Source of the DNA: Cyanophora paradoxa CCMP329
Taxonomy: Eukaryota; Plantae; Glaucophyta
Length of the DNA: 64,000 bases
Reading direction: 5' to 3'
Assembly (NCBI GenBank): GCA_004431415.1
Contig: QPMI01000402.1
Span: 62,001 to 126,000 of the forward strand
The position numbers were made by a program, and so were the translations under genes. This document shows positions 20,509-35,500 of this stretch, piece after piece (positions within the stretch are counted from its first letter, which is position 1; every line of letters begins with the position of its first letter). Below the pieces are notes generated by a model that saw only the letters and a program-made list of their open reading frames with translations, was not told where the DNA came from and ran no database searches.

Positions 20509-23500
20509 TACGACCCCGCGGCCGCGGCTACAAGCACAGCCGGCTGGGGCACTCTCATTCCGCACACGGAGTCGGGCGGCCCAAGGAAGGACATGGCGCA
20601 AGGCGCTGTGTACGGTTCGTGACCCAATACGAAAGCATTCGAATTCCGTCGCGGTCTGACTGACCGCTTTGTTCGCGGCAGACGGCAAGCTGTTCTATTT
20701 CGGGGTAAGCAGACGTGCACGCGCGCGCCCGGTCCCCGTTGCAAACACGAAACTCATCCATCTCGCACCGTAGGGGCGGGACGCGTCGTGGACGCCGACG
20801 GACGATCTCTTCTATGCGGATCTCACCGGCGCTACGTCGCAGTGGATCACAGTGGCGCAGGTACGATTCGACGGTGACTGAAATATTTGTGGTCCACAGC
20901 TCAGACCATTTCCGCTGCAGAGAGGGGCAGAGGCGCGGCAGGGAGGCGGGGCGTGGGCGTGCGGACCTATGCTCTTCCTCGCGCGCGGCAGCAGCGGTGT
21001 GGAGGATGCATTCCTCAGCACGGCCCGTGTCGCCAACCTCTCTGCCGTGCATGTCTCGAATGGCCAACAAGTCGGTGCATGCGCGCTGCTTGTCGTTTTT
21101 GAATTTGGGGCGCTTTATGCTTACGTAAATATTCTTCGCGGTCGCGCCAGTTCTGTTCGACCTGGCTGCCTCGGATATTCCCGGCGGCGAAGGATCGCAG
21201 CCGGCGGTTACTGACCTCGAGCTCCAGTGCGGCAGCTACTTTGTCGGGTCGCAGACCCCCGGCCTCGTCGTTCGGCTCCGTGCGCCCTCCGCTCTTCGCT
21301 TCGTCTGCGTCTCGTCTTTATTTGTTCGTCGCAGAGGCGAACGTGTCGCCGCTCGGCGTGCTGATGCTGAGCAAGCGCGTCGCCAACTTCACCGAATTCG
21401 TCGTCGAGCCCGTCTCTCCCACGGCGGTCCGGACGGCGCCTCTGTCCTGGGTTCTCACCGAGGACGGCGAGCCCGGCACGCCATTCTACTCCGGACTCGT
21501 TGTCACGTGCTCGACCACGCACGAGGGCCGCTCGTGGGAGCGCCAAGTCGTCATCTCCGACATCCCGGGCGGGGCGTCCGGAATTCCCGGCGGAGTGATC
21601 TTGGACGGGTTTCCCGAATCATCCACCTCATACAGCATCACATGCAACGCGAAGCTGTCCTACTCTGGGCGGTCCGCCATCGGTTTTTCGCAGCCAGTGC
21701 TGTCGTCTGCGGGTTCGTGCTTCCAGCTGATTCAGGCTGCGCATGCTCAAGCTGATGCTCGCTGCCGCTCAGCTAAACGCGTGCTGGCCATCGATGCCTT
21801 CACGCTTCAAGAGGTCTCCAGCACCTCGGTGCGGACTTCGGCGATCGGTTGGACCCTCAGCGCCGACGGCGCTCCAGGCTCGCCCTCGTACAGCTTGCTG
21901 CGGGTGACGTGCGAGACGGACGGGTCGACGGCGAGCGCGTCGTTCATCGGCCCAATCAGCCCCGGTTCGACGTCGGCTGCGCTGCAGCTGAACGATACGA
22001 ACGCTGGCTACGGCGTTGTCGTCGAGGGCCTTCCGGACACGTCGCTCTTCAACGCTGTCATCGATTGCACGACGGTCCTACGCTTTTCGTCGGACGGCGT
22101 TGTCTCGCGATCTTCCCAGCTCGTTCGTGCGTGCGACGATGCCATGCGCCGCAGCCGCCCCACTTTAGGAGCTGACGGCGTGAACACGCAGTGTTGAGGG
22201 CGCAGAGAGGCGCCACGGTCACACCGACGGAGTACTTAATCGGCTCGCTTCAGGAAGATCAGGAGGGCTCTGCTGGTCTACAGGGCGGGCTGACCCTGTC
22301 AGCTCCACGCCAGCTGACAACCGGTGCGGGTTGTTTGTCGTGGCTGCTCAAAGTGATGAAATTGCGGTTTTGATTAACTTTACTGACCGCTTCGGCGAAC
22401 GCTCAGGTCGGGACGAAGTGACCATCACCCCCGGCTCTATAACCGCCACCTGGACCCCGCTTGATCTACATCCCTCCTGCGCCTTTAGCGGCGGCGGCTC
22501 AATTTTTCGCGCAATTGCCTCACGGGCGCTCTTTGTGGCCCACACGGGCGAACCGTATGATGACGCCGACGGAAATCGCATACAGCAGGGCGCGCGGTAC
22601 TATGAGTGGGGTGCGCATGCCCCAACAAATTGTTTAAGCATTCTTCCAACGCTAAGGGGCGCTCTTTAAGCATTCTTCCAACGCTAAGGAGCGCTCTTTA
22701 AGCATTCTTCCAACGCTAAGGGGCGCTCTTTAAGCATTCTTCCAACGCTAAGGAGCGCACATCAGATGGCGCGAATACAACGTGCAACGACGTGAACGTC
22801 GGAACGGCGGCAGAGATTAACAGCCGAGCTCGCCGCGGACCCCTGAGCGTGGTGTTTGGTGGGAAGGTGCTCATACATTAATGTCCAGTCGCCTTCATGA
22901 CATATCGGCCTTGGGGATCCAAGCTCAAACTTACTCTCTTCGAATGACACCCAGTTGTTTGTGGCCGGGGGGTGGCAGTTCGATGCAAGCAGCGGCGACT
23001 TTATCTTATCAAGTTCCCTCATGTCCGTCATTTGCGCTGAATCAGCTCATAGTCAGGATCAGCGCACGTGCGCTTGCTAATACAATGCACCGATCAGATA
23101 CTACGATCCTGCAGCTGCGGTCGGCAGCCGCTGGGGAGTGCTCATCGCTGCCTCTTCTCCTGGCCCCAAGACAGACTCTGCTCAGGGAGCTGTCTACGAT
23201 TCTAAGCTCTTTTACTTCGGGGTGCGCGTGCACATTCGACTTGCGAAAGCCGCGGCAGCTTTGACTGACCGCCTTTGTTCCAGGGCCAGGACTCTTCGTT
23301 TGCGCCGTCGGCCTCTCTCTTCTACGCAGACCTCACCGCTTCGATTTCGCAGTGGATTAAGGTGGCTCAGGCGCGTCATTTGGGATGGCTGATGCTTTAA
23401 TTTGCAATTGGCTCGAAATGACCGATTGTTTTCTGTAGAGCGGGGCTGCCGGCCGGCAAGGCGGTGGCGCTTGGGCGTGCGGGAATCTGTTCTTCGTGGC

Positions 23501-26500
23501 TCGCGGGATGGTGTCCGCAAACGCGACATCAAGCGAAGTCTCGGGCTTTGCAACCGACGTCGTCTACGCCGACCTGTCGCCGATCATGTTCGGCGTCAAT
23601 GAGGGTGAGTTGCAATCGCGTTTTAACAGCTGCTTTGTCGAATTTATTTTCTTAATATATAACGCTTGCTCGCGGTCGCAGTATCCTTTGCACAGGCTGG
23701 TGCTGGCCTCCCGGCGGGATCAGGCTCACAGCCGGCCGCTCTAGCCGATCTAGAAGGAAAGTGCGGGGCATACTTTGGGGGCTCGGAAGTTCCAGGACGC
23801 ATTCTGAAGATAGGTGCACCCGCTCCGCTTGTCTGTCTGTAGAGCCCGGTCTGGTCCTCGCAATCAACCTCCTCGCGCATCACAGAGACGAACGTCGCGC
23901 CCGACGGATCGGCGCTCGTCAGCAAGCGCGTCCTGTCCTTCAACGCATTCTCCGTCCAGGCCGTCTCGCCGATGTCCGTGCGGACGACGGCCCTCTCGTG
24001 GACGCTGACGGACGAGGGCTCTGCCGGTACTCCGTTCTATCGGGACCTGACCGTCACCTGCGCCTTTGGCGAGAACAGCACGCGCTCTGTCGTCATATCT
24101 CCCTTGGAGGCGGGCTCGACCGGCGCGCTCCAGGGCGTGACCGTCGCTGGCTTCCCGGAATCCGACAGCGCGTACGACATCTCCTGCTCGGCCAGCCTCG
24201 CGTATTCGGGCCGCTTCTCCACTCAGATAGCAGCCCCCTTCTCCTCGCTGCCGAGTGAGTGCTGGCCCATTTCTTGTGCGCCAAGAAGCTCGGTTTGACC
24301 CGCAGCGGTCTCGCAGTCCGAACGGTCACGCAAGTCAACCCGTTCTCCATCACCCTGCTCGACAGAACGACGGTGCAGACCTCCGTGATCACGTGGGCGC
24401 TCTCCAGCACGGGCGCTCTGGGCTCTCCATCCTACACGAGCCTGAAGCTCACGTGCCTCAACGACGGGGAGGAGCTGCACGTCCTGAATGGGACGGCGAT
24501 TCCCGACGGGGCGACGAACTCGACCGCGAACTTCACGGTCGAGGGGCTGCCGGACGCGGAGTGGTTCGACGTCTCATGCACGGTAACGATTCTGTACGGT
24601 GACGGGAGATACACTGCAAGCGGCACAAGCGTTCTCTCGCGTGCGCACGAGCGTCTATTCTGGATTACTTATCCGTTCGCAAACTGAATCTCTGTCGCAG
24701 CTCGTCCTCGGACTGTATACCTTACGCGGGTATCCATAAGCATCCCTGGCGCGCCGAACGAGGTCCGGCGCCGGGCATCGCTCGTTTCCCCGCAGCAGCT
24801 GGTTGTGGGTGCGCCTAATCCTCGGATGAACTTAATCCTCGGATGAACTTAGATCCCAAAGACAATGTCTGCCGAGACGCTCAGCTGAACACGAGCGCAG
24901 GACAAGGCGGCGTACTTTCTGTCGCGCTGAAGCCCGCATCGAACACTGCGGGCTGGGCGGCACTGACGCTCGACCCTTCCTGCGACTTCACCGACGAAGG
25001 CTGGATCTTCCGTGGCTTCGGCTCGAAATCATTCTTCGTGGCGCACACCGGCGACGGCTACGAAGCGGCCAGCGCCAGTGGCAACGGCAACAGCAACGGC
25101 AACGGCACTCGCATTTTGGAGAATGCGCGGTGCGTGCTTCGATTTATTTTGTGGACGCTCGCCTGCCTCACAGCTGCGTGCTTCTTTTCTTGCTGTGGAC
25201 ATCGTTCAGTTACTACGAATGGGGTTCGTGCATCTCATCCACACGCACTCTTGACAAGGACACTCATCGCGAAGCAGATGGGGATAATTCGACGTGCAAC
25301 GACGTGAACGTGGGTACTGTGGAGGAAATCAACAGCCGCGCGCGCCGATCTCCCGTCTCGGTTGTGTTTGGCGGCAAGGTGCTTGATGCGGGTGTGCCTA
25401 CCGAACGGTTCTGACGTAGCCCTGTACGAAGCTGTTCGTGGCAGGCGGACTGCGGTTCGATGCAGCCAATGGCAGCTACACGCCCACGAATTCCATCATG
25501 TGCGCAGCCATTCCTGCTGCACCTTTACGTCTCAACTGACTGTGCACCTTCGACTGTCCGGTCTTTCAGATTCTACGACCCCGCGGCCGCGAATGCAAGC
25601 ACAGCCGGCTGGGGCACTCTCATTCCGCACACGGAATCGGGCGGCCCAAGGACGGACATGGCGCAAGGCGCTGTGTACGGTTCGTTGGCCAATGCGATAG
25701 CATTCCGCCGCGGTCTGACTGAGCGCTTTGCTCGGTGCAGACGGCAAGTTGTTCTATTTCGGGGTGAGCGCGCATGCTCGTCCGGTCCCCGTCGTAAACA
25801 CGAGACTTATCGATTTCGCACCGTAGGGGCGGGACGCCTCGTGGATGCCAACGGACGATCTCTTCTGTGCTGACCTCACCGGCGCTATGTCGCAGTGGGT
25901 CGCCCTTCACCAGGCTCGCCCTCTTCGTCCTCTCCGTCCTTAAGCTTTAATACTCGAGCGAGCTTGCCGCTGATCGGGTGCGTACAGAGTGGAGCCGAGG
26001 CGCAGCAGGGAGGCGGCGCGTGGACGTGCGGTCCGCTGCTTTTCTTGGCGCGCGGCAGTAGCGGCATAGACGGCGGTTTCGTGCCAAGCGCCATCTACGC
26101 AAACCTGTCGACGGTGACAATCCAGAACACGTCCGCTGCAGGTACTCCTGTCGACTTATAGCTATCTGAAAATAAGCTGTCTTCTGATCGCTTTCGATTA
26201 GGCGTGCTCCTCTTTTCGAGAGCAGCCGGGAACGTGCCTGTCGGAGAGCTCTCGCAGGTCGCTTCAATGGAATCTGCGGGCCGATGCGGGGCCTACTTTT
26301 TGAACACGAAGGACAGCACAGCAATCCTGAAGCTAGGTTTGTTGCATTTATCGGAGGTTTCTCAACCCCGACCCTTCTCGCTGATGCGTGCGGCTGCAGA
26401 GGCCAACGTGCTTTTCACCGGTCTGCCGGATAGCAACAAGCGCGTCACGACGATCAACGCCTTTACAGTCACTCCGACCTCGAGCTCTTCCGTCCGCACG

Positions 26501-29500
26501 TCGGCATTCAGCTGGCGCCTGTCCATTACCGGCGATGCCGGGACGCCAGAGTTTGTCGGGATGACGGTAACGTGCTCCATTCCCAGCCTCGCCCAGAGCC
26601 GGTCGGCGTTCATCGGAGAGATCCCCACGGCCAGCATCCGACTCGCTGCAGTAGAGGTGGTAGGATTGCCGGAGCGGGCGGAATCCCTGCCCATCGTGTG
26701 CACGGCCGAACTGGTTTTCTACGGAGGCAGCGTGACAAGGGACTCGGCAGCTGTCGCCTCCATCCCGGGTATCGCTTTCTCACTCGTGCTCTTTTCGTTT
26801 AGATACTAATTCGTGCACAGCGCGAAACGTAACAAGCATCGAGCTGCTCAGCGTTGTTGCTAGATCTACAACTTCCGTCCAGGCCCCAGCTCTGGCCATC
26901 AACTGGACCCTGTCGGCGGCGGGCGATGCCAGCTCGCCGGCCTACACAAGCCTGACATTGACGTGCACGGCGATGAACGTGACGCAGTCATCTGTAGTGC
27001 CTGCCTCGGAACTGCAGCCGGCTTCAATATCATACAACGCTTCCATTTCCGTCGGAGGGCTGCCCGAGTCCTCAAGCTCGTACCCAATCACATGCACGGC
27101 TAGCATCGCTTTCTTTGGAGGCGCAAGTGTGGCAGTCAGCAACGACCTCACGCTTCAATCCATGCCTTGTGCGTGACACTGCTTTTTTAATTGTAAACGC
27201 ATTTATTTCTCAACGACATCTGTGACCCGCGCACCGTGCGCAGCGAGGCAAGTATCTGCCCTTGGCCACTTCGACATACTGGTCAACACCTCTACCTCAA
27301 TAACGACTTCTCCCATCTCCTGGATGCTCTCAGCAGCCGGCCAGCCGGGAACGCCCAGCTACCGCAGCCTTTCTCTCGTGTGCTTAAACGGAAACTACAC
27401 GGCCAGCGCAAAATACTACGGTTCCATTCCAGACGGAGCCACAAGGACTGACGCGGGCATCTATTTGAACGGGCTGATCGACACTGCTAACCATCATGTT
27501 TACTGCACTGCGGAGCTGGAGTTCGCTTCAAATGAGACGCGTTCAGGAGAAGCGTCTTTGATTGGTGCGCAATTTTAAAAGACCCTATCTTTTAAAATCC
27601 TATTGCTTACCTTTATATATAAATGGCCAACCGGTACCATTGCACAATTCTCACGTCTCTGGTCTTCTTCGCCGCCAGTGCCGGACAAGGTTGTGGTGAA
27701 CAACTCCCTCTCCATGGCGGCTGCGCCCTCCTCGATCTCGTCCATCCTCGTCTCCGGCCTGGCGTGGACCCTCACGCCCGGCCTCTTCAGCACGCCCTCC
27801 TACCCGAACCTCACCGTCGCCTGCACGTGGAACGGCGAGACGCGGACGGCCGTGCTGCAGGGCATCCCCGACGTGGCCACGTCGGCGCAAGCGATCAACG
27901 TCACGGGCTTCACGCCGAGCACACTGTCGCACCCCGTGAGCTGCAGCGCGACTCTGTACTACTCGACGGGCGGGCCCGCGACGGGTACCGCGTCGACCGT
28001 GTCTACGGCCGGTGCGCGTGCTGCGGGCTGACGCGCTCGTGGAATACGCTGACCGCTGCGAGCAGCAACGTACTGCGTGGCGAGCAACGTCACGATGGCG
28101 TGCCCTGGCCTGACGGGCCTGGCCATCAACACGACCCTCATCCCATCGTCGACCTCGTGGCACACGACCTCGTACGAGTGCATCCCGCCGGCTTTCGAGA
28201 CCGTCAGCGTGTCCTGCACGGGGCCCAGGGCGGGCTCGGCGACGTACCAGCAGAACAGCACGGAGGGCGCTGTCGCGTCGAACGAGCCGTCGGCGTTCGT
28301 GGGTGTGGCCGTGCCGCCACTGGCGGGGAGCGTGGCGTACCAGTGTCGGTCTACGCTGCACTATGTCGGGGTCCGCTTCAATGCAACCGCAGCGCACCTT
28401 GTGCAGGCAGCCATGTCGACTTGCCTCGTTCCTGCGGGTGCGCGCTGCCCAGCTGTCATGTCGAGTTCAGAATCCGGATCTGACTGCGTCAACCTGCAGC
28501 TCCGGTGCGCTTCGTGGCTGACAACGCACTAGCGTTGACCGTAACGCCGACCTCGACGACATCCATCGCAACATCTTCAATCTCGTGGCTGCTGCTGCCT
28601 CCGGCGGGCGCGATTGACACCCCTGTGTATGGGAACATGACGCTCACGTGCACCGGCAACGGTGTCACCCAGTTCGTTACAGCATCACCGCTGGCGGGCG
28701 TCTCGAGTGCGGCTCCAATGAACGTGACCGGCCTGCCGGAGACGTCCTCCAGCTACGACATCACCTGCAACGCTAGCCTCCCTTACGGCTCCGGATCGGT
28801 AGCGGCGGCATCGGTTGTTGTGCCCTCGGTAGCGGGTGCGCCGCTGCGCATGCGCTGGCATGCGCATATCGCCAGTGGCAGATGCTGAGTCGGGCCCGAT
28901 CGCGCAGCCAAGGATGTGGCCAGCACGCTTGCGTTCAATGTGAGCGTGCTGAACGGCACAGCCGTCGTCACGACGCCCATCGTGTGGGCCTTGACCGACA
29001 GCGGGGCGGCGGACACGCCTGCGTACAAGAGCCTCACGGTGAACTGCGAGAGCAACGGCGTCACGCGCGCATGCGCAGCAGTGCTTGGGACTCGCATTCC
29101 GAATGCGGCCACGACGTCGGAGAGTGGACTGGTCATTACTGGCCTTCCGGACACTGCTTCGTATCACGTGTATTGCGCGGCTTCCCTGCTGTATTCGTAT
29201 GCAGGGGTGGCGACCGGGTCCGCGGCAGTGATCGGTGCGCGCTGCAGCTGCTCGTCGTTCACCGTCGCTGTAGTTGCAGTCGCCGCCATTCCGTTCTTGC
29301 TTGACGCATGCGCAGTGCCGGACAAGGTTGTGGTGAACAACTCCCTCTCCATGGCGGCTGCGCCCTCCTCGATCTCGTCCATCCTCGTCTCCGGCCTGGC
29401 GTGGACCCTCACGCCCGGCCTCTTCAGCACGCCCTCCTACCCGAACCTCACTGTCGCCTGCACGTGGAACGGCGAGACGCGGACGGCCGTGCTGCAGGGC

Positions 29501-32500
29501 ATCCCCGACGTGGCCACGTCGGCGCAAGCGATCAACGTCACGGGCTTCACGCCGAGCACGTCGTCGCACCCCGTGAGCTGCAGCGCGACTCTGTACTACT
29601 CGACGGGTGGGCCCGCCACGGGTGCCGCGTCAACCGTGTCTACGGCCGGTGCGCGAGCCACGTGCTGACGCGCTCGTGGAATACGCGCTGACCGCTGCGT
29701 GCAGCGACGTACTGCGTGGCGAGCAACGTCACGATGGCGTGCCCTGGCCTGACGGGCCTGGCCATCAACACGACCCTCATCCCATCGTCGACCTCGTGGC
29801 ACACGACCTCGTACGAGTGCATCCCGCCGGCTTTCGAGACCGTCAGCGTGTCCTGCACGGGGCCCAGGGCGGGCTCGGCGACGTATCAGCAGAACAGCAC
29901 GGCGGGCGCTCTCGTGTCGAACGAGCCGTCGGCGTTCGTGGGTGTGGCCGTGCCGCCACTGGCGGGGAGCGTGGCGTACCAGTGTCGGTCTACGCTGCAC
30001 TATGTCGGGGTCCGCTTCAATGCAACCGCAGCGCACCTTGTGCAGGCAGCCATGTCGACTTGCCTCGTTCCTGCGGGTGCGCGCTGCGCATACCCAGCTG
30101 CCATGTCGAGTTCAGAATCCGGATCTGACTGCGTCAACCTGCAGCTCCGGTGCGCTTCGTGGCTGACAACGCACTAGCGTTGACCGTAACGCCGACCTCG
30201 ACGACATCCATCGCAACATCTTCAATCTCGTGGCTGCTGCTGCCTCCGGCGGGCGCGATTGACACCCCTGTGTATGGGAACATGACGCTCACGTGCACCG
30301 GCAACGGTGTCACCCAGTTCGTTACAGCATCACTGCTGGCGGGCGTCTCGAGCGCGGCTCCAATGAACGTGACCGGCCTGCCGGAGACGTCCTCCAGCTA
30401 CGACATCACCTGCAACGCTAGCCTCCCTTACGGCTCCGGATCGGTAGCGGCGGCATCGGTTGTTGTGCCCTCGGTAGCGGGTGCGCCGCTGCGCATGCGC
30501 TGGCATGCGCATATCGCCAGTGGCAGATGCTGAGTCGGGCCCGATCGCGCAGCCAAGGATGTGGCCAGCACGCTTGCGTTCAATGTGAGCGTGCTGAACG
30601 CCACAGCCGTCGTCACGACGCCCATCGTGTGGGCCTTGACCGACAGCGGGGCGGCGGACACGCCGGCGTACAAGAGCCTCACGGTGAACTGCGAGAGCAA
30701 CGGCGTCACGCGCGCAGCAGTGCTTGGGACTCGCATTCCGAATGCGGCCACGACGTCGGAGAGTGGACTGGTCATTACTGGCCTTCCGGACACTGCTTCG
30801 TATCACGTGTACTGCACGGCCTCCCTGCTGTATTCGTATGCAGGGGTGGCGACCGGGTCCGCGGCAGTGATCGGTGCGCGCTGCAGCTGCTCGTCGTTCA
30901 CCGTCGCTGTAGTTGCAGTCGCCGCCATTCCGTTCTTGCTTGACGCATGCGCAGTGCCGGACAAGGTTGTGGTGAACAACTCCCTCTCCATGGCGGCTGC
31001 GCCCTCCTCGATCTCGTCCATCCTCGTCTCCGGCCTGGCGTGGACCCTCACGCCCGGCCTCTTCAGCACGCCCTCCTACCCGAACCTCACTGTCGCCTGC
31101 ACGTGGAACGGCGAGACGCGGACGGCCGTGCTGCAGGGCATCCCCGACGTGGCCACGTCGGCGCAAGCGATCAACGTCACGGGCTTCACGCCGAGCACGT
31201 CGTCGCACCCCGTGAGCTGCAGCGCGACTCTGTACTACTCGACGGGTGGGCCCGCCACGGGTGCCGCGTCAACCGTGTCTACGGCCGGTGCGCGAGCCAC
31301 GTGCTGACGCGCTCGTGGAATACGCTGACCGCTGCGTGCAGCGACGTACTGCGTGGCGAGCAACGTCACGATGGCGTGCCCTGGCCTGACGGGCCTGGCC
31401 ATCAACACGACCCTCATCCCATCGTCGACCTCGTGGCACACGACCTCGTACGAGTGCATCCCGCCGGCTTTCGAGACCGTCAGCGTGTCCTGCACGGGGC
31501 CCGGGGCGGGCTCGGCGACGTACCTGCAGAACAGCACGGCGGGCGCTGTCGTGTCGAACGAGCCGTCGGCGTTCGTGGGTGTGGCCGTGCCGCCACTGGC
31601 GGGGAGCGTGGCGTACCAGTGTCGGTCTACGCTGCACTACGTTGGTACGGGTTACAGCGCTATCGAGGTCGCCCTGACGCAGTCAACGGCAACCACCTGT
31701 GTGGTACCACCGGGTAAATGTCTTTGCTTTAAGACGCTTGCCATGTAGCACGGCTTGCCCTGCCCTGACGCTGCCCTACAGCCCCTATACGCTGGATTGT
31801 TGATGATAGGATTGCATTCTCCTTCGTTACGATATCCACGACCTCAATTCTCACCTCAGAGATTTCGTGGTTGTTGCCCGATAATGATACGGTTGTTCGG
31901 GCAGTCGACACCCCTGTGTATGGGAACATGACGCTCACGTGCACCGGCAACGGTGTCACCCAGTTCGTTACAGCATCACTGCTGGCGGGCGTCTCGAGCG
32001 CGGCTCCAATGAACGTGACCGGCCTGCCGGAGACGTCCTCCAGCTACGACATCACCTGCAACGCTAGCCTCCCTTACGGCTCCGGATCGGTAGCGGCGGC
32101 ATCGGTTGTTGTGCCCTCGGTAGCGGGTGCGCCGCTGCGCATGCGCTGGCATGCGCATATCGCCAGTGGCAGATGCTGAGTCGGGCCCGATCGCACAGCC
32201 AAGGATGTGGCCAGCACGCTTGCGTTCAATGTGAGCGTGCTGAACGCCACAGCCGTCGTCACGACGCCCATCGTGTGGGCCTTGACCGACAGCGGGGCGG
32301 CGGACACGCCGGCGTACAAGAGCCTCACGGTGAACTGCGAGAGCAACGGCGTCACGCGCGCAGCAGTGCTTGGGACTCGCATTCCGAATGCGGCCACGAC
32401 GTCGGAGAGTGGACTGGTCATTACTGGCCTTCCGGACACTGCTTCGTATCACGTGTACTGCACGGCCTCCCTGCTGTATTCGTATGCAGGGGTGGCGACC

Positions 32501-35500
32501 GGGTCCGCGGCAGTGATCGGTGCGCGCTGCAGCTGCTCGTCGTTCACCGTCGCTGTAGTTGCAGTCGCCGCCATTCCGTTCTTGCTTGACGCATGCACAG
32601 TGCCGGACAAGGTTGTGGTGAACAACTCCCTCTCCATGGCGGCTGCGCCCTCCTCGATCTCGTCCATCCTCGTCTCCGGCCTGGCGTGGACCCTCACGCC
32701 TGGCCTCTTCAGCACGCCCACGTTTTCGAACATTACGGTGGCATGCACAGTAAACGGGTTGACTCTCGAAACTATCGTGAAGACTCTCGGTCCTGCGACC
32801 ACACGGCCCGTGTCTGATTCTGCCGAAATCCTTGGTTTCCAGCCTGCCTTGATTTCACTCCCTTTCAACTGCACTGCGTCTCTGTTTTACTCGTCTGGAG
32901 GGGCACGCCCGGCAGTCGGCTCAGCCTCTGCCATGTCCATTGCGGGTGCGCTCCAATATCTCTTGCAAAGCTGGTCGCTCTACGTTAACGCTTCTTGTAG
33001 CGCTGTACTGTACACCGAGCCACGTCGCCGTCGCCTGTCCTGGGCTGACGCGCCAGTCGATTCGCACTACATCCATTCCTTCGTCGACATCCTGGCGCGC
33101 GAACGTGCAGGAGTGCATCCCACCCTCGTTCCGGGCCGTCAGCGTTTCCTGCACTGGGCCGGCGCCAGAAACGGGCTCGGCGACGTACCAGCAGAACAGC
33201 ACGGCGGGCGCTGTCGCGTCGAACGAGCCGTCGGCGTTCGTGGCGGTGGCAGTGCCGCCGCTGACGGGGGCGTGGCGTACCAGTGCCGGTCGATTCTGCA
33301 CTATGTTGGCGTTGGGCACGATAGCACTGTCGAGGCCTCTGTCGGGCAGGCCGACCCCACAATCTGTAACGTTCCAGCTGGTAAACCGTGATCTTGCGCT
33401 CTGCAGTGTTCGACTAGTTCTCATTTACATTGATCTCCTTCACGCAGCCCCTATCGCTGGGTGCTCGGCGACCTGCTCAGCTTTTCGGTGGCGCCAGCGA
33501 GCAACTCGACGGTTTCCATTTCGGACATCACGTGGTCTTTGCGGTCGATTGGCGCAATCGACTCGCCTGTTTACGGAAATCTTAGCATCGCATGCACGGC
33601 GGAAGGCACCTCGATTTCACAAACGCTGCTGGTGACTTCAATAGCGCCTGGCAGCTCGCACGTGAGCGCTTTCAACTTGACGGACATGCCGGACACGTCC
33701 TCGTTCCCCGTTACTTGCATGGCGCGTCTCCCTTATTTCCTGGAGAACGAACGCGAGTTCGAGGCACGCGGACGAGCTTATTTTTCATGTGCGCGCCTGT
33801 TCTGTTTATTTTTCGCAGTCTAGATCTATAGCTTCACAGTGCAGCTTTCTCACGTCTCTGATCTTCTTCGCCGCCAGTGCCGGACAAGGTTGTGGTGAAC
33901 AACTCCCTCTCCATGGCGGCTGCGCCCTCGTCGATCTCGTCCATCCTCGTCTCCGGCCTGGCGTGGACCCTCACGCCCGGCCTCTTCAGCACGCCCTCCT
34001 ACCCGAACCTCACCGTCGCCTGCACGTGGAACGGCGAGACGCGGACGGCCGTGCTACAGGGCATCCCCGACGTGGCCACGTCAGCGCAAGCGATCAACGT
34101 CACGGGCTTCACGCCGAGCACGTCGTCGCACCCCGTGAGCTGCAGCGCGACTCTGTACTACTCGACGGGCGGGCCCGCCACGGGTGCCGCGTCAACCATG
34201 TCGACGGCCGGTGCGCGTGCCGCGGGCTGACGCGCTCGTGGAATACGCGCTGACGGCTGCGTGCAGCAATGTACTGCGTGGCGAGCAACGTCACGATGGC
34301 GTGCCCTGGCCTGACGGGCCTGGCCATCAACACGACCCTCATCCCATCGTCGACCTCGTGGCACACGACCTCGTACGAGTGCATCCCGCCGGCTTTCAAG
34401 ACCGTCAGCGTGTCCTGCACGGGGCCCAGGGCGGGCTCGGCGACGTACCAGCAGAACAGCACGGCGGGCGCTGTCGCGTCGAACGAGCCGTCGGCGTTCG
34501 TGGGTGTGGCCGTGCCGCCACTGGCGGGGAGCGTGGCGTACCAGTGTCGGTCTACGCTGCACTACGTTGGCACGGAGTACAACGCAACTAAAGCGATTGT
34601 GGAGCAGCAATCGCCGACTACCTGCGTGGTTCCCGCAGGTTAGCGCTCACTTGCTTGCACTAGCGTTCAATTTCACAGAAATGCTGACGTGCGATGCCGC
34701 GCCCTTCCGCACAGCTCGCGCCCGGTTGGTGGCCGAGGACGCTCTAGCCTTCTCAATCATTCCGATCTCGACAACGGCCGTGTCCACATCTTCCATCACG
34801 TGGGCGCTCACAAAGCAGGGCGCCATCGACACGCCCGTCTATGGCAAGCTCGAGGTGACCTGCGCAGGGCTCTCCTCCAACGCGTCAGCCGCTATCCTTT
34901 CCATTCCGGCGGCGTCCGCATCTGCTGCGCCCGTCAACGTGACCGGTCTCCCGAGAGCTGGAAGGCCTACCGCATCTACTGCACTGCCGTCCTCGCCTAC
35001 GGCGAGAACCGGACGGCCTCTGGCATCGCCTCGGCGCTGTCACTGCCCAACGCCACCTTGAAGGACGCATCCAACGGCCAGGCGCTTCCGACGTACACCG
35101 CCACGCCCACGCCCAGCCCCAACGCGAATGCGTCGGCCCCTTCGACAGCCTCCTCCACCATCAGGATCGGCAACCAAACCTACGAGGTGTCGGCTGACGG
35201 GAGCAGCGAGAACGCAATCGTGATCAGCATGCAGGAGCCCGTCGTTCAGATTCCGCAGAACGTGCGGCGCTCCTTGCTTTGCTCTAATTTGCACATCCGA
35301 GCTTTGCCCGCAAATCAGACTGACCCCCGGCCTGGCAGGCGAGCGACGAACTCGTGAGCATCTCTTTGGAAGGACTTGTGGTGCGATATCGATGCGCTCC
35401 GCACGTCTGTCGCTATTGCTGCGCCCAGCTCCACTGACTACAACGTATGGCACGTGACGCAGACCGCGCGGAGCGGAGAGAACGAGGAGTCCGATGCCGG

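Noticed and set aside
22633-22758. 32-bp repeats of CRISPR-like length
   Set aside because: Directly abutting with no spacers; an intronic minisatellite.
27600-35100. Overlapping minus-strand and alternative-frame ORFs in the surface-protein gene
   Set aside because: Shadow ORFs of high-GC coding exons; only the plus-strand exon frame keeps the W/Y/C domain motif.
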